Source of the DNA: Chloroflexota bacterium | GTDB taxonomy: Bacteria; Chloroflexota; Dehalococcoidia; Dehalococcoidales; Fen-1064 | Assembly (NCBI GenBank): GCA_026389745.1 | Contig: JAPLHG010000037.1 | Coordinates: 11,732 to 49,721, forward strand | Reading direction: 5' to 3' | Length of the DNA stretch: 37,990 nucleotides | In this document: positions 1 through 7,245 of the stretch, piece after piece | Numbering within the stretch: position 1 is the stretch's first letter | Layout: each line of letters opens with the position of its first letter | The notes under the pieces: generated by a model | The model's input: the letters and a program-made list of their open reading frames with translations, nothing else | Databases searched by the model: none | What the model was told of the DNA's origin: nothing | Translations under genes and position numbers: made by a program

Positions 1-87
1 TCACGGGTTATGAAATATCCACTTGATACTTACCCTAATTTGGAGAATAACTTATATCATCTGTGAATGTCAATTGCTATCGGGGCC

Positions 88-96
88 TGATATAAT
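88..96 (+). promoter_or_regulatory. candidate extended -10 promoter (TGaTATAAT) upstream of the aminopeptidase gene
   Basis: The 9-mer tgatataat lies at 88-96, about 48 nt upstream of ATG 144. There is no convincing -35. The identical 9-mer recurs upstream of proB at 11111-11119. Confidence 0.3.
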
Positions 97-143
97 ACTA
101 GGAATCGTAGTTTGAAGCCATATTAACTTAGGAGGATAGATTT

Positions 144-1253
144 ATGGCGGACATAAGAATTAGGAAATTGGCAGATTTGCTGGTGAATTATTCCGTGAAA
201 GTAAAACCCGGCGATAAAGTGGTAATACAGGAGGAGACCACCGGTGAGCCATTATTAAAGGCGGTATTTGCCCAGGTCTTACAGGCAGGGGGGCATCCCT
301 TTGTTATGCCAACACTCGCTGGGACAGAAGAGATGATGTATCACTATGGTACTGATGAGCAAATCAAGCATCTCCCTGGGCCATTTAAGCAGGTGATGAG
401 TACTTACGATGTCCGTATCTACATTCTGGCAGAATCCAATACCAAGTCGCTAAGTAACGTCGATCCTGCCAGAACGGTAATGCGCGCTAAGTCTCGCAGT
501 GAATTGATGAAAATTATGATGGAACGCTCTGCTTCAGGTGAGCTACGCTGGGTACTGGCGCCGTATCCCACCAATGCCTGTGCGCAGGATGCAGAGATGA
601 GCCTGATGGAATATGAGGACTTTGTCTATGGTGCTTGTCTGCCGGATATAAATGACCCCATCGGCTACTGGAAGCGGTTTGCGGCATGGCAGCAGAAGAT
701 TGTGGATTGGCTCAAGGGTAAGCAGAAAGTCCATGTCATCGGCAAAGATACCGACCTCCGAATGAGCATCGCCGGACGTAAATTCGAGAACTGCGACGGA
801 CGCATGAATATGCCCGACGGTGAGGTTTTCACGGGGCCGGTTGAGGATAGTATGGAAGGGCATGCTTATTTCTCTTACCCGGCTATCTATCACGGGCGTG
901 AGGTGACTGGCGTCCAACTCTGGTTTGAGAAGGGGCAGGTAGTGGAAGCGAAGGCAGAGAAGAATCAGGAGTATTTACTGAAAACAATTGCTACGGATGA
1001 GGGTGCCAAACGTGTTGGGGAATTTGCTATCGGCACCAATGAGGGTATTAAACGCTTCACCCGTGAGATTCTATTTGATGAGAAGATTGGTGGGAGTTTT
1101 CATATGGCGCTCGGTTCAGGCTATCCGGAGACGGGCAGTAAGAATGAATCAGCAATCCATTGGGATATGGTCTGTGATTTACGGGATGGTGGCGAAATCT
1201 GGGTCGATGATACTTTAGTGTACAAGAATGGCGAATTTATCATTAAGTTCTAG
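144..1253 (+). CDS. M29-family aminopeptidase (AmpS/PepS/aminopeptidase T-like)
   Basis: 369-aa ORF with an AGGAGG RBS at 130-135. Length and segments such as PDGEVFTGP, EFAIGTNEG and HWDMVCD match my memory of thermophilic metalloprotease M29 aminopeptidases. Confidence 0.75.
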   Translation: MADIRIRKLADLLVNYSVKVKPGDKVVIQEETTGEPLLKAVFAQVLQAGGHPFVMPTLAGTEEMMYHYGTDEQIKHLPGPFKQVMSTYDVRIYILAESNTKSLSNVDPARTVMRAKSRSELMKIMMERSASGELRWVLAPYPTNACAQDAEMSLMEYEDFVYGACLPDINDPIGYWKRFAAWQQKIVDWLKGKQKVHVIGKDTDLRMSIAGRKFENCDGRMNMPDGEVFTGPVEDSMEGHAYFSYPAIYHGREVTGVQLWFEKGQVVEAKAEKNQEYLLKTIATDEGAKRVGEFAIGTNEGIKRFTREILFDEKIGGSFHMALGSGYPETGSKNESAIHWDMVCDLRDGGEIWVDDTLVYKNGEFIIKF

Positions 1254-1423
1254 CTCGTATAGCAGGGCGGAGTTATTTTTTTGTAAAAATTTTGTCATTT
1301 TTCCTATTGAATTCTGCACAAAAATGGTATATTCTGTAATTTGAGGGAACAAATTATGTAAGGCTGTGCTGTCTTGTGGTGATAACAGCCGGTTTAAAAT
1401 AGGGTTCTCGGCAGGGGATTGAG

Positions 1424-1576
1424 ATGAGAAAGTCGGCCGGAGCGCGGCGCTGTCCTAGATGTGGCGGTAATATTTTTGTTGATAGGGATTATGATGGCTG
1501 GTATCTGGAATGCCTTCAGTGCAGTTATACCCGAGATTTGGATATTATTGCTGAGCCAGGACAGAGACGCGGTTAG
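1424..1576 (+). CDS. small zinc-ribbon protein (50 aa, CxxC...CxxC)
   Basis: This ORF is below the 60-aa cutoff of the ORF track. My translation is MRKSAGARRCPRCGGNIFVDRDYDGWYLECLQCSYTRDLDIIAEPGQRRG. It has two CxxC pairs 18 residues apart and an AGGGG 8 nt upstream of the ATG. It is more protein-like than the 63-aa ORF on the opposite strand (1394-1585). Confidence 0.45.
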   Translation: MRKSAGARRCPRCGGNIFVDRDYDGWYLECLQCSYTRDLDIIAEPGQRRG

Positions 1577-1774
1577 TAAATTCATACAAGCATATTGAGC
1601 GCTACTTCATAAACCTGTATGATACAGATGTATGGGTGTGCGCTTAAAACTTACAAAATACGCGGGTTTCAATAGAGATATCTTTCGGAAGTAGGGATTA
1701 TCCGTACTCTATTGCCTACTGTAGGGTAGAACCTCAGAAACGAATCAAAATACAAGGCTTGTTCTGGTCTATTA

Positions 1775-2245
1775 GTGGGGAGGGTGGCTGAGGTGAGTAC
1801 TCCAGGTATCGTTTACGAAAGTAATTCCGGAGAACGGCAAACTGCCTTTCCCTGCTTCTGTTGTGGCATTTGCTGTAGTGATTATCAGGTACACCTGGAA
1901 TTGACAGAAGCTAAAGAGATTGCTGACCGCCTTGGTGTTTCTCTGCAGAATTTTCTGGATGACTACACTGACCCTCGTTGGCTAGGAATAGATAGTTATT
2001 TACTGCGGCACAACGCCGGTAGGTGCGTGTTTCTAGAACAAGAACAGGGAAGCGCCACCGGACTCTGCCGGATTCATGCTTTTAAGCCAATTGCTTGCCG
2101 CCAATGGTCAGCAAGTCCCTATCGGAGAGAGTGTCGTCAGGGACTCCTTAGGTATTGGGGTTTGTCTGTTGATGATGAGGGGAAGATAGTGGGTTCAGCT
2201 GAGGCATTGCAGTGTTTCCAATCATTTCTGGAGACGTTTAAGTAA
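1775..2245 (+). CDS. YkgJ-family cysteine-cluster protein (UPF0153, CxxCxxCC type)
   Basis: Contains FPCFCCGICC near the N-terminus and RCVFL ... LCRIHAFKPIACRQW later. This is the pattern I recall for YkgJ/UPF0153 putative Fe-S or Zn proteins. The start may be GTG 1793, which has GGAGG 9 nt upstream, rather than 1775. Confidence 0.7.
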   Translation: MGRVAEVSTPGIVYESNSGERQTAFPCFCCGICCSDYQVHLELTEAKEIADRLGVSLQNFLDDYTDPRWLGIDSYLLRHNAGRCVFLEQEQGSATGLCRIHAFKPIACRQWSASPYRRECRQGLLRYWGLSVDDEGKIVGSAEALQCFQSFLETFK

Positions 2246-2257
2246 CAGGAGGTACTT

Positions 2258-2506
2258 ATGCCGATATACGAGTACGAATGTGGAAAGTGCCGTTTTCGGT
2301 TTGAATTGAAGAGGCATTTTGGAGAGGATGGCAGTGCCGATTGCCCACAGTGTCACGGCGAAGGTCGCCGTCTTTTCACATCAGTGCCCGTAATATTCAA
2401 ATGTTCAGGGTTTTATGTTATTGACCACCGTAAAGGAGATGCTCCGTCATCGGACGAAAAGAAAGTGGCAAACGTTGAGCCTGCCATAAACCTTAAAAAA
2501 GATTAG
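2258..2506 (+). CDS. FmdB-family zinc-ribbon protein
   Basis: The N-terminus MPIYEYECGKCRFRFE plus a second CPQC pair is the CxxC_CxxC_SSSS signature. There is an AGGAGG-like RBS (caggaggt) 6 nt upstream. Confidence 0.8.
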   Translation: MPIYEYECGKCRFRFELKRHFGEDGSADCPQCHGEGRRLFTSVPVIFKCSGFYVIDHRKGDAPSSDEKKVANVEPAINLKKD

Positions 2507-2653
2507 TGTCGGCTCGTTGCTCTCACAATTTTCACTCTGTCTTATACCGGAGACTCCAACTTAAGAAGTGTTACAATTGCTGGAACAGGTTGCCCTGTGT
2601 TAGTAAGCGAAATAGATGGATTTTGCGTTCTATTTGAAATCAGGTTTCGATAA

Positions 2654-3592
2654 ATGAAAGTTGCAGCGACACTTGTTGCAATTGCCTTCGCTCTGTACGT
2701 TGTTCTATCAGGATTGGGAGCCATTTTGATAATGGACATTCCTCGCTTGCCATTGGAGGGCTCCCCGTCTTCTGTCGGCTTGAATTATGAAGATGTCTCC
2801 TTTCTCAGTCGAGGTGATGGTGTAGTATTGAAGGGTTGGTATCTACCGGCTCAGGGAGATACTGTCATCATTATTGTGAACGGTGGGTTTCAAAATCGTA
2901 TAGATTATGAAATTGACACATTGGGATTGGCCCGCGACTTGGTAGAAAGGGGATATAACCTCTTACTGTTTGACTTGCGGGGTAGGGGCGAGTCACAGGG
3001 AAGAGGCCGTCCTTTATCAAACATTGACAGTGATATAGGAGGCGCGGTCGATTACCTCAGTAGCAGGGGGTACTCCGTAGAGAGTATTGGTATCATTGGA
3101 TTTTGCTCCGGGGCCGCTTCGTCATGCATTTTTGCAAGTAGGAATAACGTAGGTGCCTTAGCATTAGATGGTTGTTTTGCCAGTGTACGCGGTATGGTGA
3201 CGAAACAGGCGATCGAAAGGGGTATTCCCAAATTTCTCTTAGATGCATTCTTGCCTGGATTAACCTTTATGGTGAAGACCTTCTATGGCTTTGAACCAAT
3301 AGACACAATAGATGTTGTTCCTGATGTTAAATGTCCCATTTTTTTCATACATGACGGAAATGATGTTCTGATTTCATGGGAAGAAACCTACCGGCTTTTT
3401 AAGGCGTCGAATAACCCGGCTAATGAGATTTGGGAGGTCAGCGAGACTCAGCATAGCCAATCATATAAAAGATATCCTGACGAGTATGTGGCCAGGTTAG
3501 ATGGCTTCTTTGCTACCAGACTAAAAAGCGATCTCACCGGAGATGGAATTAAAGGGTGTCTAAATAGTGCTGGTGTTTTGTCGCAGAAATAG
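2654..3592 (+). CDS. membrane-anchored alpha/beta-fold hydrolase with a GxCxG nucleophile elbow
   Basis: 312 aa with an N-terminal TM helix (VAATLVAIAFALYVVLSGLGAILIM). The alpha/beta hydrolase layout runs IIIVNGG ... LFDLRGRGES ... IGIIGFCSGA ... LDG ... HDGNDVL ... HSQS. The nucleophile position is Cys151 (tgc, 3104-3106). Confidence 0.7.
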   Translation: MKVAATLVAIAFALYVVLSGLGAILIMDIPRLPLEGSPSSVGLNYEDVSFLSRGDGVVLKGWYLPAQGDTVIIIVNGGFQNRIDYEIDTLGLARDLVERGYNLLLFDLRGRGESQGRGRPLSNIDSDIGGAVDYLSSRGYSVESIGIIGFCSGAASSCIFASRNNVGALALDGCFASVRGMVTKQAIERGIPKFLLDAFLPGLTFMVKTFYGFEPIDTIDVVPDVKCPIFFIHDGNDVLISWEETYRLFKASNNPANEIWEVSETQHSQSYKRYPDEYVARLDGFFATRLKSDLTGDGIKGCLNSAGVLSQK

Positions 3593-3969
3593 AGGGGTCA
3601 ATGGATTCTGCCTCCTGAAATCAATAGTTATTATGGTACAAGGGAAATTCATGTACATAATTCTTATCTTCAGCTTTATTCCGATACAGGCATCTTGGGT
3701 GTGCTAGTTCTTATTATGGCAGTTCTAATCTTTATGAGACTTTCAATAAATATCCTATCGTCATCTAAGCAAAACTCTTGGTATGGGGCAGGAGTGGGTC
3801 TAATCGGTGGCATTATTGCCGGGGCAGTCTTTGGCTTTTTGATGTTACTACCACGGGAACCATTGTGACTACTACCAGTTATATCTATCTGAATGTTCCG
3901 TTGTTATGGATTTGGGCGGCTCTATTTGTAGTTTGCCATAAACGTATTAGCCCTCAGGATAAGAAATAA
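3593..3969 (+). pseudogene. 5'-truncated, frameshifted remnant of an O-antigen ligase (Wzy_C / O-antigen polymerase family) gene
   Basis: Frame 2 reads ...EIHVHNSYLQLYSDTGILGVLVLIMAVLIF...GGIIAGAVFGF and stops at 3866-3868. The +1 frame continues FDVTTTGT...NVPLLWIWAALFVV to 3969. Adding one T to the T5 run at 3836-3840 joins the two frames. HNSYLQ...GILG is the motif I recall for the Wzy_C domain. Only about 125 C-terminal codons are present and there is no start codon. Confidence 0.5.
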
Positions 3970-4142
3970 AAGATGAGTTGGGGATTGAAATTGTCAGCAA
4001 GTATATTTATTATTAATTGCACCGTTCTGCCCAATTAGAGCTGGGAAAATCTAGGAAACAAGATTTGGGAAGAAAGAGCGATACAAACTTCCCATTAAGA
4101 CGCAAGAAACCTTGAGGTCAAGCTTCTAGGTAAGAGGACAAA

Positions 4143-4751
4143 ATGGAATTGAAACTGATTTCCAAGCTCCCATTCGCCCTTCGAAGAGGTTTCGTCCATA
4201 TACTTGTTGGTTTAGCTATTGGCGTTGCCGCTCTATTTTTGCCCAGAGTTCTACTTCTATCTCTGTTGGGAGTAGCGGCCTTTCTTTTCCTGCTGTTTGA
4301 ATTTATCAGATTCATGTCGCCAATAGTAAACCAGTGGTTCAACTCGTTTTTCAAGTTAGTCTTGCGGGGATCGGAGACGTCGCACCTCACTGGCGCCAGT
4401 TATCTGTTACTTGCCTCGTTGATTTCCTTTCTTATCTTTACTCGAGATGTCGCAGTGGTGTCAGTGTGTTTTCTAGCAGTCGGTGATGCTTTGGCGACTG
4501 TCATCGGCGAGTATAATGGCGGAAAGAGATTGTGGAATAAAACACTGGAAAGCGACCTGTCGTGTCTCTTAGCCTGTTTAGTAGTCGGATTTATCTTGTA
4601 CTATGCAGGACTGAATGTTTCTGTACCTACGGTTGTTGTCGGCTCAATAGTTGCCGCAATTGCCGAGGCGCTCCCGTTGCCAGTGGATGATAATCTGACA
4701 ATTCCGTTTTTTGCGGGGCTAGCAATGACTCTTATGCAATTTGTTATCTGA
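4143..4751 (+). CDS. polytopic membrane protein, polyprenol/dolichol/phytol-kinase-like (CTP_transf_1 superfamily)
   Basis: 202 aa with about 6 TM helices. GDALATVIGEYNGGKRLWNKTLES resembles the GD..A..vG...G......K(S/T).EG block of the dolichol kinase / CdsA-like family. The assignment is from memory of that motif. Confidence 0.5.
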   Translation: MELKLISKLPFALRRGFVHILVGLAIGVAALFLPRVLLLSLLGVAAFLFLLFEFIRFMSPIVNQWFNSFFKLVLRGSETSHLTGASYLLLASLISFLIFTRDVAVVSVCFLAVGDALATVIGEYNGGKRLWNKTLESDLSCLLACLVVGFILYYAGLNVSVPTVVVGSIVAAIAEALPLPVDDNLTIPFFAGLAMTLMQFVI

Positions 4752-4863
4752 GTGTGGTCATCTCTGTGCATCTGCCTTGTCGCATGAAGTTCCTTTTTGG
4801 CTAATCTGCTCGGGCATTAGAGACGAGAGGCTATCACCAGAATACAATTACAGGTTAATTACA

Positions 4864-5693
4864 ATGCTAAATATGGTATCTCTCGGTTTGATGTCAATCG
4901 TTGTAGGCTTTATTGGTTCACTGACCGGTTTAGGTGGTGCCAGCATTCTTGTACCTATATTGGTCTTTCTCGGCATACCGGTTAAGGAGGCAATAGCATC
5001 TGGAATGATGGCTATCATAGCCACTTCCAGCGGTTCTGCTTCGTCTTATGTAAGAGAGCATATCACCAACATTAGAGCGGCGATGTATCTTGAGATGTTC
5101 ACAATTATAGGTGCATAGTAGGCGCCACAATCACGACCATAATTAATCCTACTTATCTGTATTTTTTCTTCGCGGCATTCTTGCTTACTTCGTTTGCTAA
5201 ATTTAAGGAGTCAATTACAAAAGAGTTCGTTCCATCAGAGAGCCAGGATGGGGTCTCGAAGTGGCTCCAATTGAAAGGTAGCTACTTCGATGAATCTGCT
5301 AATAAGGTCGTCGAATACAAGGTGAACAATGCTGTCCTTGGTGGGATGGGGATGTTGGTGGCAGGATTAGCTGCCGGAATGCTTGGCATTGGTGCTGGTG
5401 CTTTTAAGGTAATGGTCCATGAGTATATACTGAAAATGCCTCCAAAGGTCTCCAGCACGACGAGCAGTTTTGTCATTGGTATGACAGCGCTGGCTGGCAT
5501 CAGTGTTTATCTCTTTTCAGGGCTAATGAATCTGACTCTAATGGCTCCTATGGCTATCGGAACAACAATTGGTGCTGTGGTCGGTGGTAGAGTTCTGAAT
5601 CACATCAGTAATAGAACTCTGAGAATCCTCTTTTTTGTAATCGTCGCTTTGCTGATTGCTCAGATGTTGTACAAAGGAGTGATGTCTTTATGA
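4864..5693 (+). pseudogene. TSUP (TauE/SafE-type anion exporter) gene interrupted by a 1-nt frameshift
   Basis: ORF 4741-5118 has its likely start at ATG 4864 (MLNMVSLG...GSLTGLGGASILVPIL...). It ends at TAG 5116-5118 in the middle of a TM helix (EMFTIIGA*). The -1 frame continues without stops as IVGATITTIINPTYLYFFFAAF into ORF 5181-5693 (...LGIGAGAFKV...). One extra A after 5115 restores a single 276-aa protein. Confidence 0.7.
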
Positions 5694-6079
5694 GGGTCAA
5701 CAAATTAGGCGGTAGTGAACCTAAATTTGAAAAAGCCATTGGCTATTTGCTGATAATAGGGGTTATTATTAGCCTGCTTTTAGAGATTGTTGGCGTCGTC
5801 ATCCTTTATCGCTCTTATGGGAATTTGAATATTTCGCAAGACGCGAACATGTATATTAAGGGACGTGATTTTTTTAGTTTTATATATCAGCAGATTACGG
5901 AAAAACACACAACAAATGCCATCCTATTTATGACTGCAGGTATAATCGTATTGATTTTAACTCCTTATGTCCGAGTGATTGCATCAGTCTTTTATTTTGC
6001 ATGGCAGAGGAATATCAGATACGTATTGGTAACATTGTTTGTCCTCGTGGTGGTAACTTTAAGTCTGGCTTTCCACTGA
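5690..6079 (+). CDS. small membrane protein, DUF1634-like
   Basis: 129 aa with about 3-4 TM helices. Its ATG overlaps the TSUP stop (ATGA at 5690-5693). I recall DUF1634 proteins being encoded directly after TauE/SafE genes. Confidence 0.55.
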   Translation: MRVNKLGGSEPKFEKAIGYLLIIGVIISLLLEIVGVVILYRSYGNLNISQDANMYIKGRDFFSFIYQQITEKHTTNAILFMTAGIIVLILTPYVRVIASVFYFAWQRNIRYVLVTLFVLVVVTLSLAFH

Positions 6080-6196
6080 ATAACAGTTGATTTTTCCCAT
6101 AAGGTGATTGTTTGTTGGGAACATGATTTTCGTGTTAAAGAATGGTGTGAGGAAAGTGGTGAAGATGCAGCCGTCAGCGATGATTCTTTAGTAATC

Positions 6197-6225
6197 TTGA
6201 CAGGTAATTTATCTAGGACTAACAT
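6197..6225 (+). promoter_or_regulatory. candidate sigma70-type promoter for the repeat-protein gene
   Basis: TTGACA at 6197-6202, a 17-nt spacer, then TAACAT at 6220-6225. An AGGAGG RBS at 6244-6249 lies 7 nt before TTG 6257. Confidence 0.3.
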
Positions 6226-6256
6226 ATAATTAATTAGGGTTGCAGGAGGTTGTAAA

Positions 6257-6820
6257 TTGTTTAAGAAAATATTGCTGCTTGCTTCAGTTGTAGCAATTTT
6301 GTCTATAGTGTCTTTAGCTTTTGCACCCGCGGTTTTTGCGGATGATAGTTCCGGGAAGACGGGTACCGAGTCAGAAGCACAAAAAGTAAAAATCTTCCAG
6401 CAACTCCTCAAGATGAGCGAGACAAAGGTTGACACAACCCTTGCCAAGTGGGTCTCTGCTGGCAAAATAACCCAGGACCAGGCTGACAAAATCAAGCAGG
6501 CATGGCAAACTGCTCACGCCAAAATCGTTAAATTGGCTATCTTTGAAAAACTCGTCAAGATGAGCGAGACAAAGGTTGACACAACCCTTGCCAAGTGGGT
6601 CTCTGCTGGCAAAATAACTCCGGGCCAGTCGACTAAAATTAAAGATGCCTGGCAGAAGGCTCGCACTACAATCGGCAAGGTGGTTATCGCTGACAAACTT
6701 CTGAAAATGAATGAGACGAAGGTAAATGACACCCTTGCGAAGCTGGTCGCTGATGGGAAAATCACCCACGAGCAGGCTGACAAAGTCAAGGCATGGTGGG
6801 TATCAAAACAAAGCAAATAG
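6257..6820 (+). CDS. secreted three-repeat protein with (I/L)TxxQ motifs (Spy/CpxP/DUF2680-like, tentative)
   Basis: Signal peptide MFKKILLLASVVAILSIVSLAFAPAVFA, followed by three units of 49, 49 and 44 aa. The unit pattern is I(F/A)xxL(L/V)KM(S/N)ETKV(D/N)(T/D)TLAK(W/L)V(S/A)(A/D)GKITxxQxxK(I/V)K. TTG start with a strong RBS. Confidence 0.7.
   Translation: MFKKILLLASVVAILSIVSLAFAPAVFADDSSGKTGTESEAQKVKIFQQLLKMSETKVDTTLAKWVSAGKITQDQADKIKQAWQTAHAKIVKLAIFEKLVKMSETKVDTTLAKWVSAGKITPGQSTKIKDAWQKARTTIGKVVIADKLLKMNETKVNDTLAKLVADGKITHEQADKVKAWWVSKQSK
6392..6817 (+). repeat. intragenic tandem repeat, period 147 bp, about 2.9 copies
   Basis: Units start at 6392, 6539 and 6686. The 64-nt block at 6408-6471 is identical to 6555-6618, while the rest of the units has diverged. 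Confidence 0.9.
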
Positions 6821-7005
6821 ACTGTTAAGCAGAATTGCCTGCACTGACTTCATGGATGATGTAGCTCCGAAATGTTACCAATCATAAGGGCGGGTGCAAT
6901 CGTTTCAAGCTGGGTGAAGAATATGTATATTGGCTCGTGTTGGGTTATACTGTACACCGAACGATAACCCAAAGGCACTAGAGTAATTGAGAGGGTTGTG
7001 TATAA

Positions 7006-7227
7006 ATGAAATACGGAGTCGCCCTTTTCTACACAACCTCTTCCGCAATGCAGGCTCAGAAAACCTTACTTACAGCAGGATATGGTGTTACTTTAATTCC
7101 AACTCCCCGCCAGTTCTCCAGTGATTGCGGCATTACCATCCGTTTTAACTGGCACGAGCAGGAGTCAGTCAAGGAAGTGCTGGGAAAAGCCGGAGTTGAG
7201 ATTCAAGCGATACACGAATTAAAGTGA
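7006..7227 (+). CDS. DUF3343-like small protein (putative S/Se carrier-like)
   Basis: 73 aa. The pattern ALFYTTSSAMQAQKTL...G....LIPTPRQFSSDCGITIRF matches my memory of DUF3343 (..P.P..is..CG.a..f). Confidence 0.55.
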   Translation: MKYGVALFYTTSSAMQAQKTLLTAGYGVTLIPTPRQFSSDCGITIRFNWHEQESVKEVLGKAGVEIQAIHELK

Positions 7228-7245
7228 TAGAACTTCACTCTTACC

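Noticed and set aside
1-66. Possible 3' end of an upstream plus-strand gene (…SRVMKYPLDTYPNLENNLYHL*)
   Set aside because: Only 21 codons are visible and they are not identifiable. They could equally be non-coding.
1394-1585. 63-aa minus-strand ORF in the track
   Set aside because: It completely overlaps the plus-strand CxxC...CxxC zinc-ribbon ORF (1424-1576). That ORF has an RBS and a recognisable fold signature. The minus-strand product has no motif and a low-complexity composition.
3590-3592. In-frame TAG between the hydrolase and the ligase relic as possible stop-codon read-through or pyrrolysine recoding
   Set aside because: A fusion of a complete hydrolase to the last quarter of a polytopic Wzy_C protein makes no structural sense. 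The relic is also frameshifted. Nothing in the window suggests Pyl machinery, and the shared frame is most simply coincidence.
6148-6160. gaggaaagtgg, resembling the GAGGAAAGUCC box of RNase P RNA
   Set aside because: It mismatches the conserved box. The whole intergenic region is only 177 nt, far too short for RNase P RNA, and I could not find the P4 partner or other conserved helices.
6371-6816. Two long minus-strand ORFs (132 and 100 aa) inside the repeat-protein gene, and the repeat itself as a possible CRISPR-like array
   Set aside because: The antisense ORFs simply mirror the tandem coding repeat. The plus-strand frame has the signal peptide, RBS and promoter. The 147-bp period has no unique spacers and is in-frame coding sequence, so it is not a CRISPR array.
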